The translations under genes were made by a program, and so were the position numbers. Below the pieces are notes generated by a model, which was not told the DNA's origin, made no database searches, and worked only from the letters and a program-made list of their open reading frames with translations. This document shows positions 17,146 through 27,045 of a stretch of 49,067 nt of DNA, in pieces (the stretch's first letter is position 1; each line of letters starts with the position of its first letter). The DNA comes from Acetatifactor sp. GTDB taxonomy: Bacteria; Bacillota; Clostridia; Lachnospirales; Lachnospiraceae. The stretch is taken from contig JBNMJR010000001.1 of the NCBI GenBank assembly GCA_050873925.1, forward strand, positions 1-49,067, given 5' to 3'.

Positions 17146-20022
17146 TTACTTTCCGCTGCTGTCTGCGACAGCCTGCAGGAATCCTTTCGCCAGGCGGTAC
17201 AGCTGTGCCGCGTCTGCCCGGCCCTCTATTGTTTCTGCATTTTGCGTCTCACCGGCTGCCATCCTTGTCGTATCCCGGGAGCTGACAACAGAAAGCTTTT
17301 CCGCTTTCCAGTCTGCAGAGGTATCTGTCTGAATCCATTCAAGGAATATATCGGAAGTCTTTTCCAGTTTCGTAACCTCTTCCGGTGTATTTCCTACGAG
17401 ATAACCTTCGATGTGTTCTCCGTTTACCTGTAAATGTGCCTCCAGCTGTTCGTCTCCCGCATTTACCCGGATATCCACAGCTGCGGTTTCTCCGGATCCC
17501 TGCTGCATGGTAAGGTGTACTCCCGCCAGCTGATCTCCCAGATACATCGGCAGAAAATACTCCTGCCTGTCCTGAAGATTTTCCGCAAGACGCAGCTGTT
17601 TGTGTGCCAGCTGTAGCTGTTTCACATCCAGATGACTCTCTGCCTGTTCCAGACTGATCGTCTCTGTTTCCTGTAAAGCATCCTGAAGCATGGTGTTATA
17701 ATCGTTCCGGAATTCCTGTCCATCCAGCTGTTCCCATAATTCTGTGGGCTCAGACTTCACAGATTCCTTTCCTGTTTCCGCTGCCGGTACTTCCTTTTCT
17801 TTCCGGTATTTTTCCCGATAACGCTGCAGATTGCCAAACAGCTCTGCCGGATCCTCCAGCAGGGCCTGTGCTGCCATCAGATTGGATGCACTGGTGGTAA
17901 CCTCTCCTTTTTGCAGTAGCTGCGCTGCTTCCGCACCGGTGTCTCCCGCTTCCCGCATCTGCTGCAGGCATTCCTGATAATAAGCGTCTTTGCTCTCAGC
18001 GTCTTCTGACACCTCTGTCAGCATTTCTTTTGCCATTCCCACCGAGATCTGTTCGGAAATATTGTTCTCCGAAAAACGTACTTCCTGTGTCAGTCCGGTA
18101 TCATCCGACACTTTCCAGTCCATAGGGGAGGTTCTTCTGCTTCTGGCGGCTGCCAGCAGTGTGGAAAACTGCAGCTGTGCGCCGGTATTTACCACAGCAC
18201 CTACGGCAGCACCATCTTCTCTCTCGATCTGGTGTACCATACGGTAGATACCGATATATGCCTTCCTCTCATTCTCTGTGATATCCTTCTTCTGTTCCAG
18301 CTGATACAGAAAACGGCTATAGTCCTCTGCCGCTTCCTCATAACTCTGGGGATTTTCGGCAAAGTAGGACTCCAGTTCCTCAAAGGTCTTCTCTAACGGA
18401 TTTACGCCGTCCCGAATCATCTGCAGTACATTCTTCGGTGTCAGTTTCTCAACCACTGCGGTGACCTGTTCGTCGGCTTCTTTGACTCTTTCAATATTTT
18501 CCGCTGTAATCTCCATCCGGTTATATGCAAGAATTCGGACTGCCCGCCGGTTCTCCGGTGTTTTATCTAATGACATGTCTGTCAGAATGTCATCTACATT
18601 GGAAAATGCTTTGCGGATGCTGTCTCCCAGATCTCTTCTGGGAGCAGTCATCAGGGTCTCGTAACGCTCATTTGCTTCTGCATAGGCACTCTGCAATGCC
18701 TTGCCTTCGGTGTGGAATTCCGCCACGGTCTCCTGTGAAGCTTTCTGTTCCAGGCTATAGGGTCCCAGCACACTGATCGGCAGTCCCGGCAGTTCATTCG
18801 TCACCTGTACCGTCTGTGTGTAGGTCTCATATTTTGCCACAGCATCGGTCTCTCCGGGGAAATACTTGTCCGCAACTTCTGCCTCTGCTCTTCGCAGCGC
18901 CTCGATCAGCTGTTCCATAGGAGCCGTATCAATGGAAAAATCGCTCTGCAAAAGTTTCACATTCACTTCCGCCGTCATACGCAGTCGGATCTCCTCCAGC
19001 TGTTTTCTGGCTGCCGGATTCTCCGCTGTGGCATCCCATTTTGCATCCGAGAACCAGTCCTGTACCATCCCGGCGGCTTTCTCGTATATATTTTCCCGGC
19101 GACCCAGATTGGCATGGACAGGGGATTTTCCCTCTGCGACCGCCGATGCCGTTGCCTGCGCAAAAGCATCTTCACTGACGGGATAGTCAATCGTATCCAG
19201 CTCGGTCAGTTGCTGTAAGGTATCAGTGGTCAACGGCAATCCCGCTCCCACCAGCCACTGCGCTTTCTGTCGGGTCTCATCATTGACCGGCAATCCGGCA
19301 TCTGTGATCACCTTATCCATCTGGTCCTGCAATTCCTGCGGAACGGTATTTTGCTGTACTTTGGCTCCGCTGTTCTCTGCCACATACAGGTTCCAGATCT
19401 CCGGTTCCAGCGCATTGTCTACAAGATAGCCAACCTCGCCCTCCTGTGGCGACTGCAGAGAAGATGCCAGCTCCCAGGCCGTTTTTAATTCATCCACATT
19501 TTCAGGGGTCAGAGGAATATCCGCCGCCCGGAACTGTTCCTCAATACTCCTGGCCAGTGTATTGCTGCCCACTGCCGCTGCCAGCGTATCCAGGTCTATA
19601 TCATCCGTGTATCCGGCAATATTCTGTCCGGAACGCACCAGTTCTGCCTTGATCTTGTCCACGATGGTAACTGCGGTATCCTGGTCCAGTTCTCTGGGAT
19701 CAAATCCGTCCTCACAGGCCTTCGCATAATCTTCCTGCGACATGGTATGTGACAGAAGCGTCATGTAATCCTGCTGTAATGCCACATTGGTGTTCCCTGC
19801 ATCCTGCTGCAATTCAATCAGGGATTTTCCCTTATTGTTCTCTTCATTTCCCGCAGGCATCTGGATCTGCCCGCTTTCGTATACAGCACCGAAAGCACTT
19901 GCATTCATACTTTTTTTACTGCGCTGTGTTTTATCTTTGCCCCAGGTATTTTTTTCCGCCCGGGTACTTTCTGTTCTATTTTCTGTATCAGTTACCGTCT
20001 GATTCTGAAATGTTATCTTCAC
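17146..20022 (-). CDS. Large flagellum-associated protein (DUF6240-like; FliK-like C-terminus)
   Basis: GTG start after GGAAGGA; YETLMTAPRRDLGDSIRKAF.NVDDIL and AVRILAYN motifs; C-terminal beta-rich segment resembling FliK-C; 13 nt upstream of flagellin. Confidence 0.7.
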   Translation of the reverse strand: MKITFQNQTVTDTENRTESTRAEKNTWGKDKTQRSKKSMNASAFGAVYESGQIQMPAGNEENNKGKSLIELQQDAGNTNVALQQDYMTLLSHTMSQEDYAKACEDGFDPRELDQDTAVTIVDKIKAELVRSGQNIAGYTDDIDLDTLAAAVGSNTLARSIEEQFRAADIPLTPENVDELKTAWELASSLQSPQEGEVGYLVDNALEPEIWNLYVAENSGAKVQQNTVPQELQDQMDKVITDAGLPVNDETRQKAQWLVGAGLPLTTDTLQQLTELDTIDYPVSEDAFAQATASAVAEGKSPVHANLGRRENIYEKAAGMVQDWFSDAKWDATAENPAARKQLEEIRLRMTAEVNVKLLQSDFSIDTAPMEQLIEALRRAEAEVADKYFPGETDAVAKYETYTQTVQVTNELPGLPISVLGPYSLEQKASQETVAEFHTEGKALQSAYAEANERYETLMTAPRRDLGDSIRKAFSNVDDILTDMSLDKTPENRRAVRILAYNRMEITAENIERVKEADEQVTAVVEKLTPKNVLQMIRDGVNPLEKTFEELESYFAENPQSYEEAAEDYSRFLYQLEQKKDITENERKAYIGIYRMVHQIEREDGAAVGAVVNTGAQLQFSTLLAAARSRRTSPMDWKVSDDTGLTQEVRFSENNISEQISVGMAKEMLTEVSEDAESKDAYYQECLQQMREAGDTGAEAAQLLQKGEVTTSASNLMAAQALLEDPAELFGNLQRYREKYRKEKEVPAAETGKESVKSEPTELWEQLDGQEFRNDYNTMLQDALQETETISLEQAESHLDVKQLQLAHKQLRLAENLQDRQEYFLPMYLGDQLAGVHLTMQQGSGETAAVDIRVNAGDEQLEAHLQVNGEHIEGYLVGNTPEEVTKLEKTSDIFLEWIQTDTSADWKAEKLSVVSSRDTTRMAAGETQNAETIEGRADAAQLYRLAKGFLQAVADSSGK

Positions 20023-20100
20023 GCTTGTCGTCCTTCCCGGAATAACTCCCGACACTAACTACTCAGAACCTCATTTGCAAAATCTCTCTGAATAGTTATG

Positions 20101-20139
20101 AAAAAAGATGAGTGCACCTTTGGGTCACACTCATCTTTT
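20101..20139 (-). terminator. Rho-independent terminator of glgB
   Basis: AAAAGATGAGTG / CACTCATCTTTT inverted repeat ending in a U6 tract on the minus strand. Confidence 0.8.
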
Positions 20140-20166
20140 ATTTCGGTTGTTCTTTATGATTTCTTA
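20140..20166 (-). promoter_or_regulatory. Putative sigma28 (FliA/SigD) promoter for the DUF6240-fliC-fliS operon
   Basis: TAAG-15 nt-ACCGAAAT versus consensus TAAA-N15-GCCGATAA, upstream of flagellar genes. Confidence 0.6.
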
Positions 20167-20173
20167 ACCGGAC

Positions 20174-22078
20174 TTAGAACAGAAATACGGCAGCTCCGTA
20201 AGGAGGCAGATCAAAGCTGATGGAATAATCCTTGTAATGGAATGGCTTTTTCTCTGCCATGATCTCCGCGGGGATCTCATTGCCCCAACCGCCGAACCGC
20301 TCCTCATCACTGTTGAGCAGCAGCTTATATTTTTTCTTCTTCGGTACCGGTACGGTATAATTCTCCCACTTCATCGGGGTCATATTTAATACAAACAGCA
20401 GATTGTTCTTGCCGCTGGAACATTTTCTCACGAAGGAGTAAGTGCTGTGTTCCGCATCATCCGCATTCATCCACTCGAAGCCGTCCCAGGTATTGTCGAT
20501 CTCATACATAGCGGGATACTTACGATACAGCTCCAACAGTTCCTTTACATAGGTATGTACGCCCTGATTCAGCTTCTCGCCTAACAGATACCAGTCCAGC
20601 TCGCGCTCTTCGCTCCACTCACGCTCCTGTCCGAAATCCTGTCCCATGAACAGCAGCTTTTTGCCGGAATGTCCGAACATGTAGGTATAACCCACACGCA
20701 GGTTCGCATATTTATCCGCAGTGTATCCCGGCATCTTATTTACCATGGAACACTTCAGATGTACCACTTCGTCATGAGACAGGGGTAGAATATAGTTCTC
20801 ACTGTCATTGTAGCTCATGGCAAAGGTCATAGCGTAATGATTGCCCTTGCGATACAGAGGGTCCAGCTTCATATATTCGCAGAAATCATGCATCCATCCC
20901 ATGTTCCATTTAAAGGAGAATCCTAAGCCTTCTTCTCCGATATCACTGGTCACATTCGGCCAGGCTGTGGATTCCTCGGCAATCGTCATAAATCCGGGAT
21001 AAGTTCCACGGATGACCGAATTCAGGTGATGGAAGAATTCAATGGCCTCCAGATTCTTGTTGCCTCCAAATTTATTCGGCAGCCACTCACCGTCTTTTTT
21101 ACCATAATCCAGATACAGCATGGATGCCACCGCATCTACACGGATACCGTCCACATGGAACTCTCTGAGCCAGAACAGGGCATTTGCCACCAGAAAGTTT
21201 TTTACTTCATTTTTCCCGTAATTGAAGATCTTGGTTCCCCATTCGGGATGCTCTCCCAGACGGGGATCGGGATGTTCAAAAATGCACTGACCGTCAAATT
21301 CAGCCAGGCCATGGGCATCGGTTGCAAAATGCGCGGGTACCCAGTCCAGAATCACACCGACTCCGGCCTTGTGCAGTTCATTGATCAGGTACATGAAATC
21401 TTTCGGTGTTCCGTAACGGGAAGTAGGTGCATAGTAGCCGGTCACCTGATACCCCCAGGAACCGTCAAAAGGATGTTCTGCAATACCCATCAGTTCTACA
21501 TGGGTATACTTCATCTCCTTCAGATATTCTATGATCCGGTCCGCGAACTCCCGGTAATTGTAGAAACCTTCGGCAGTACCGTTGTTAGGATGCTTCATGA
21601 AAGAACCGATATGGCATTCATAGATTGCCATAGGCTCTTTGTTCATATCCTTTTTGTCCCGGGCTTCCATCCACTTGGAATCTCTCCAGTCAAAGCCTGT
21701 AAGATCGGTGACGATAGAGGCCGTACCCGGTCTGTACTCCGCATAATTGGCAAAAGGATCGGCTTTATAGAGCTTTCTGCCATCTCTTGCATAGATCAGG
21801 AACTTATACATCGTTCCCTCTTCCACGCCGGGAATAAACAATCCCCAGATGCCGCCTTCTCCCAGCTTCTGCATGGGATGGGACTCCTCATTCCACTCAT
21901 TGAATGTACCAATGACATTCACCTGCGCTGCACTTGGTGCCCATACTCCGAAATAGACTCCCTGCACACCGTCTTCCACAGACAGATGGGCGCCCAGTTT
22001 TTTGTAAATGTCATAATGGGTTCCCTGGGCAAAAAGGTACTGGTCTGCTTCGGAAATAAATACCTTCTCCTTCGTCAT
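20174..22078 (-). CDS. glgB: 1,4-alpha-glucan branching enzyme (GH13)
   Basis: ILDWVPAHF, RVDAVASM, IAEES, KWNMGWMHD and LSHDEVV motifs. Confidence 0.96.
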   Translation of the reverse strand: MTKEKVFISEADQYLFAQGTHYDIYKKLGAHLSVEDGVQGVYFGVWAPSAAQVNVIGTFNEWNEESHPMQKLGEGGIWGLFIPGVEEGTMYKFLIYARDGRKLYKADPFANYAEYRPGTASIVTDLTGFDWRDSKWMEARDKKDMNKEPMAIYECHIGSFMKHPNNGTAEGFYNYREFADRIIEYLKEMKYTHVELMGIAEHPFDGSWGYQVTGYYAPTSRYGTPKDFMYLINELHKAGVGVILDWVPAHFATDAHGLAEFDGQCIFEHPDPRLGEHPEWGTKIFNYGKNEVKNFLVANALFWLREFHVDGIRVDAVASMLYLDYGKKDGEWLPNKFGGNKNLEAIEFFHHLNSVIRGTYPGFMTIAEESTAWPNVTSDIGEEGLGFSFKWNMGWMHDFCEYMKLDPLYRKGNHYAMTFAMSYNDSENYILPLSHDEVVHLKCSMVNKMPGYTADKYANLRVGYTYMFGHSGKKLLFMGQDFGQEREWSEERELDWYLLGEKLNQGVHTYVKELLELYRKYPAMYEIDNTWDGFEWMNADDAEHSTYSFVRKCSSGKNNLLFVLNMTPMKWENYTVPVPKKKKYKLLLNSDEERFGGWGNEIPAEIMAEKKPFHYKDYSISFDLPPYGAAVFLF

Positions 22079-22092
22079 GGCTATGCCTCCCG

Positions 22093-25047
22093 CTATACAA
22101 AGTCTTTCTCGGTGAGGATGATCATATCCTCATCGTCATATCTCTTGGCAAACAGGACATCAAAGAAATGCTTCAATGTCTTTTTATTCGCATGATTGAT
22201 TGCTTCATCCACGATCTGTTTTACATCCACTACCGTAACCACATGATCTATTGTCTGCATATCTTCGATTCTGGTATGTAATGCCAGTTCTCCGAGTTCG
22301 TCAATAGAGTATTCCATCTCCCGTGCATACTGTTTGCCGAATGCCACCAGAGTGTTATTGCTGAGAGCTTCCACATCCATTCGTGCGGTAAAGCATTCTC
22401 TCAATTTTTCATGCTTTTCCAGGAATTTATCAATATCCCTCTTCGTATCTTCCAGAATAATTACGATTCCCTGACTCTCCTGCTGTAATGCCTTGTGGAG
22501 TGCATTTGCGGTAGCATCGTTCATTTCCGATGCCTTGCAGATGATCAGTGCACCGTTTTTCAACTTGGATAAGGTATCTGCGGTATCCTTTTTATTCAAT
22601 GCATGTCCGGAGATTTTCGCCACTTTTCCGGAGAAATTGCTGTCGGTTGCCTGAATCTCGCGAACCATGTTCTTCGCCAGAGATAAGGTATCCATGCCCT
22701 CTTCTCCGGTGATGATCACATTGCCGGTGTAAGCTGCCAGGCTGATATTGTCGATGGCTTTGACCAGCTGCTCTCTGGCGGATCTGCTCTGGATAAAGGG
22801 TGCGTACAGTTCTCTCTCTTCTCTGGTAAGAGCACGAACCTTTGCCTTGTCTCTCTCTACGGCGGGGCGTTCCGGTGCTTCCTCATCCACCGGTACCGCT
22901 GTCTCTGCCGCAGGCTCCTCTATAGGTTCCTCATCCGTTGCTTCTTCCGGTTCTGCCTGTTCCTCATCTACGATTTCTTCCGGTTCTTCACTCTCTTCGA
23001 TCACTTCTGCTTCCGGCTCGTATGCGGGTTCTTCCTCAAGCTCTTCTACGGTGTCCTCTCCCACATACTCTTCCGGAAGTTCTTCTACAGGCTCCTGTTC
23101 CGCTTCCTCTGTGGGAGCAGCCTCCGTCAACTCTTCCGCGGGTTCCTCTGTGGCAGGCTCTTCCGCGATCTCTTCCAGTTCTTCTACTTCATCGGTGTCT
23201 GTAATATCCTCTGCCACGGTATCCGTATCTGCCGTGTCCGCAGCTTTTTCTTTTTCCAGTTTTTCCAGCAACCCGTCTCTTACCGCCTGTTCAAATTCCG
23301 TGAACATGGCTCCGGTCTGCTGCAATACGTGCTGGCGAACCTCTTCTTCTCTCTTCTCAAGGTTCTCCTTCTTCTTGCGTTCCCACTCTGCCAGAATATC
23401 CTCAATATTCATCTGGCCGGTGATCTGCTTCTCGATGCTCTCCGCTTCCGGCATTACCAGACTGATCTGGCCATCGGATTCCTGTGCCAGCACATTGGCC
23501 AGTTCCTTGGGCGGCTCTACGGGTGCTGCCGGTGTTACCGGCGCAGCAGGGGCTGCCGCTGTCGGTGCCGTAACCTCATGAATCTCCTGTGGTGCTGAAG
23601 CTTCCGGTGTCTCCGACACTTTTAAGGTCTCCGGTGCTTTCGCCGTCTCCGGTGCCTTCTGTACTTCGGATAACTCCGGTACTACATCGGCTCTCTTCGG
23701 GATGGCAGGTTCATCGGGCAAAATCTCCTCCGTCTCTACCTGAGGCACCTGTGACAGATCGCCGATCTCTCCGGTCTCTCCAAAGAATACTTCCGAACCT
23801 TCCATCTGCTCCGTCTCCGGCTCCAGATCATCCTCACTGACATCTGCGATCTCCGGATAGTCCAGAGACTCTGTATCGGAATCCCCGGGATCGATCATGG
23901 GTGCCACGATAGAACGGGTAATAGAATCTGAAGTCTCCTTCGCATGATCCTCACCCAATACCTCTCTCAGACCTGCCGCCAGCTCTGCCTGCAGATTGAT
24001 CGTATTATACTGTCCCACATCCATGGTCTTTACATGAATGTCGAAATCATCTTCCACCGGCTGTGCGGGTGCCTGCTGAGGCTGTACCGGCTGCACCGGT
24101 TCATAGACTCTGGTGTCACCGGACACCTGATCATAAGCATCATCCTGCGCATAACCCTGGTTAGGATCGTAGCCTCCGTCCTGTGCATAGCCCTGATTCG
24201 GATCATAGTTGTCATCTTGCGCATAGCCCTGATTCGGGTCATAGCTTCCATCCTGCGCATAGCCCTGATTCGGATCATAACTTCCGTCCTGCGCATAGCC
24301 CTGATTCGGGTCATAGTTTCCGTCCTGCGCATAGCCCTGATTCGGGTCATAGTTTCCGTCCTGCGCATAACCCTGATCCGAGTTATAGCTGCTATCCTGT
24401 GCATAATTCTGAGCATACTGCTGTGTACCGGGAGCATCAAAACGATGATCGTATTTTTCCTGCTGTTCCGGTGTCAGCGGCTGATGAAGCATTTTCAGCT
24501 CCATTGCCTTGATAACGTATTTGCCCTCACCAAACCAGAGGATCAACTCATCACATTCCTCTACACATCTGGCAGCAAGTCCTACTCTGTGATACAGATA
24601 GGCCAGCTCATAAGCCCATTTTTCTCTGTAATCTCTCTTCTTCAGTTCTTCCAGAACAGCAATACGCTCTTCCAGGCTGACATCCTGCGCCTCGTATAAT
24701 TTGTACTGCAAAATATATCTGCCGGGATCTTTGGGCGCTACCTGCACAAACTCTTTGTAATACTCGATAGCCTGTACATACTCTTCCATTTTAATGGAAA
24801 GCTCACACAGAGAATAGCAGATCGTCCTTCCTCCCGGACGGCGTTCATATGCCAGAAGCAACATATCTCTGGCATCCTCGTATCTTCGGTTGATCTTGTA
24901 AAGGTCACTGATGGTGCACAGCATCATAACGCTTTTGACTCTGCGCCAGTCAATGGTATCCGCAATCTCCGCAGCCTGCGCATACTCCCCACGGCTGATC
25001 AGGTCTTTGATTTCTTCCGCTCTTAATTTATATTCACTCTTATCCAA
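22093..25047 (-). CDS. 984-aa protein: N-terminal TPR-like helices, 12-aa tandem repeats, acidic low-complexity linker, degenerate AAA+ C-terminus
   Basis: TPR-like helical N-terminus; VIITGEEGMDTLSLA in place of Walker A, GALII.KAS in place of Walker B; TTG start after AAGGGAG. Confidence 0.75.
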   Translation of the reverse strand: MDKSEYKLRAEEIKDLISRGEYAQAAEIADTIDWRRVKSVMMLCTISDLYKINRRYEDARDMLLLAYERRPGGRTICYSLCELSIKMEEYVQAIEYYKEFVQVAPKDPGRYILQYKLYEAQDVSLEERIAVLEELKKRDYREKWAYELAYLYHRVGLAARCVEECDELILWFGEGKYVIKAMELKMLHQPLTPEQQEKYDHRFDAPGTQQYAQNYAQDSSYNSDQGYAQDGNYDPNQGYAQDGNYDPNQGYAQDGSYDPNQGYAQDGSYDPNQGYAQDDNYDPNQGYAQDGGYDPNQGYAQDDAYDQVSGDTRVYEPVQPVQPQQAPAQPVEDDFDIHVKTMDVGQYNTINLQAELAAGLREVLGEDHAKETSDSITRSIVAPMIDPGDSDTESLDYPEIADVSEDDLEPETEQMEGSEVFFGETGEIGDLSQVPQVETEEILPDEPAIPKRADVVPELSEVQKAPETAKAPETLKVSETPEASAPQEIHEVTAPTAAAPAAPVTPAAPVEPPKELANVLAQESDGQISLVMPEAESIEKQITGQMNIEDILAEWERKKKENLEKREEEVRQHVLQQTGAMFTEFEQAVRDGLLEKLEKEKAADTADTDTVAEDITDTDEVEELEEIAEEPATEEPAEELTEAAPTEEAEQEPVEELPEEYVGEDTVEELEEEPAYEPEAEVIEESEEPEEIVDEEQAEPEEATDEEPIEEPAAETAVPVDEEAPERPAVERDKAKVRALTREERELYAPFIQSRSAREQLVKAIDNISLAAYTGNVIITGEEGMDTLSLAKNMVREIQATDSNFSGKVAKISGHALNKKDTADTLSKLKNGALIICKASEMNDATANALHKALQQESQGIVIILEDTKRDIDKFLEKHEKLRECFTARMDVEALSNNTLVAFGKQYAREMEYSIDELGELALHTRIEDMQTIDHVVTVVDVKQIVDEAINHANKKTLKHFFDVLFAKRYDDEDMIILTEKDFV
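24127..24405 (-). repeat. In-frame 36-bp tandem repeat, 7 full units plus 1 partial (YAQDGxYDPNQG)
   Basis: Repeated gcatagccctgattcgg(g/a)tcata at 36-bp period. Confidence 0.95.
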
Positions 25048-25126
25048 GGTATTTCGCTCCCTTAACCTTTTCTTACCCTAAGCTTCTCATTATCCCCGGG
25101 TATACTACCCCACTTTTTTCTTATTC

Positions 25127-25156
25127 AGTGTACCATAGTACCCATTGATATGTCAA
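25127..25156 (-). promoter_or_regulatory. Putative sigmaA promoter of the TPR protein-glgB operon
   Basis: TTGACA-18 nt-TACACT with extended -10 TG. Confidence 0.6.
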
Positions 25157-25199
25157 AATCAAACTGGGCAAAATGTATCGAAATATCCCCCTCGGGATA

Positions 25200-26903
25200 C
25201 TACCCGCGAAAGCGTGATGACTTCTTGGGCTTTTGACGTTTTTTCGCCTGTCGGATTGCTTCTTTGCGTCGGTTGCGAAGATCCTGATCCACCGAACGAT
25301 ACCGGGATCTGGAACGATTTCTCCTGCGGTTAAATCTCCAGGTCAGACGGGTACTGCGGTGGGCGAAATGATAATTTTTGAAAAATGCACGTAATAACAG
25401 TGCAAGGAAGATCAATACCGCGATCCCCACGATACAGAAAAATACCTTTACCACATTAATAAAGATAACCGAGGGGCCACCGGAAGTGTTGTTTTCCTCC
25501 TCCGGGGATGTCTCCTGTGCAGCTGTCGGAATTCCGCCATTATTTCCGGTTTTATCTCCTGCCGTTTCAGTTGTTTCAGTACTGTCGGCCTCTGTGGCCG
25601 TTGTGCCTGACTGCGTTTCATCGGTTGCACCGCTTTCCTCTGTAGCCTCTGTGGTCTCTGCGGTATTTTCCCGGAAGACACTACTGCCTTTTTCCGCTGC
25701 GGTAAAGTCCAGAGATGCCGTTCCCAGTACCACATCATTATAGGTATAAGTGATCACAGCCACCTGGCCAGGTTCCGTATTATCATAGGAAATACCGGAC
25801 ACCGCATCCTGAAAAGTGATGGTGTTCGGCAGAGTAATGCTGTCCGTCTGGTTCAGCTCCAGAATCGGTTTGGAATTGCCGAAAATGTCATTTCCACTGT
25901 AAAAAGATCCTGCATTCTCGATATTATATTTGGTCTCTGTCTGAGAAATGTTCACTCTCTGGAAATTACTGAAACCATAGTCAAACAGTGCGATGGTATC
26001 TTCATAGTAGTTCGGATTTTCGTCCTTCATGACCACGCAGATCAGCTTCATGCCGTCTTTTTCCGCACAGGACACCAGTGTACTGCGGGCAACATCGGTG
26101 TAACCGGTCTTACAGCCTACCAGATACGGATATGCATATTTACCACCGGGGATCAGTTCCATCTTATTGACTTCCATGATATCATCCGGCTGGCGTTCCG
26201 ACGGCAGAATGTGCAGCATATGTGTCATTGTCATCTTGCACAGCGCTTCGTTGGCAAAAAAAGCCCTGCCGATCATCGCAAGATCATACGCACTGGTGTA
26301 ATGATCCTCATTGGGAAGTCCGTTGGGATTGACGAAATTGGAATCAACGCACCCCAGTTCCTTTGCCCTCTCGTTCATGATCGGCGCAAAGTCCTGCCAG
26401 GTCGTTCCGGAAATATGTTCTGCTACTGCGAAAGAGACTTCATTGGCCGAGCGGATCAGAATGGCATTCAGACATTCCTCCATGGTCAGCTGCTCGCCGG
26501 GGTCAATGGCAATATGATTGCTTCCGGGGTCAATATCGTGTACCGCATCATAGGAGAAATCCACGATTTCATCCATGCTGCAGCGCTCGGATGCGATCAA
26601 TGTTGTCAGAATTTTGGTAGTACTGGCAGGGTATTCCTGCTGATGAATATTTTTGGCATAGAGGATGGCTCCGGTATCCGCATCCATCAAAATGGCTGAT
26701 TCTGCGCTGACTACCGGTCCCGTAGGCCAGTTTGCCACTTCGTTGGACTGAATGGCCAGTGCCTGATTGCGGGCAATATTCTCTTCTTTGATCGTTGCTG
26801 CAGAGACACTAAGCCCCTGAGATACAAAAAGACAGAGGGCGCTGATTCCCATCACTGCCCTGGTTAAAAAACATCTATATGAAAAATGCCTGAAAAACTG
26901 CAT
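25200..26903 (-). CDS. D-alanyl-D-alanine carboxypeptidase (peptidase S11)
   Basis: PASTTK (SxxK), SAN (SxN), KTG; signal peptide, Thr/Glu linker, C-terminal TM and basic tail; start MQFFR after AGGAAGG. Confidence 0.92.
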   Translation of the reverse strand: MQFFRHFSYRCFLTRAVMGISALCLFVSQGLSVSAATIKEENIARNQALAIQSNEVANWPTGPVVSAESAILMDADTGAILYAKNIHQQEYPASTTKILTTLIASERCSMDEIVDFSYDAVHDIDPGSNHIAIDPGEQLTMEECLNAILIRSANEVSFAVAEHISGTTWQDFAPIMNERAKELGCVDSNFVNPNGLPNEDHYTSAYDLAMIGRAFFANEALCKMTMTHMLHILPSERQPDDIMEVNKMELIPGGKYAYPYLVGCKTGYTDVARSTLVSCAEKDGMKLICVVMKDENPNYYEDTIALFDYGFSNFQRVNISQTETKYNIENAGSFYSGNDIFGNSKPILELNQTDSITLPNTITFQDAVSGISYDNTEPGQVAVITYTYNDVVLGTASLDFTAAEKGSSVFRENTAETTEATEESGATDETQSGTTATEADSTETTETAGDKTGNNGGIPTAAQETSPEEENNTSGGPSVIFINVVKVFFCIVGIAVLIFLALLLRAFFKNYHFAHRSTRLTWRFNRRRNRSRSRYRSVDQDLRNRRKEAIRQAKKRQKPKKSSRFRG

Positions 26904-27045
26904 GTATAAATCCTTCCTGATATCTTCAAAATAAAATGGTATATGATAATACGCATTCTTTATCATACACCATTTTACCTAAAAACCAAAGTCCTATCTC
27001 TATTTTTTAATTCTTTTTAAGACCTTCTGCGAACGATGTTATTCT

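Noticed and set aside
24127-24405. 36-bp repeats as a CRISPR array
   Set aside because: Units are contiguous with no unique spacers, lie in frame inside a CDS, and no cas genes are present
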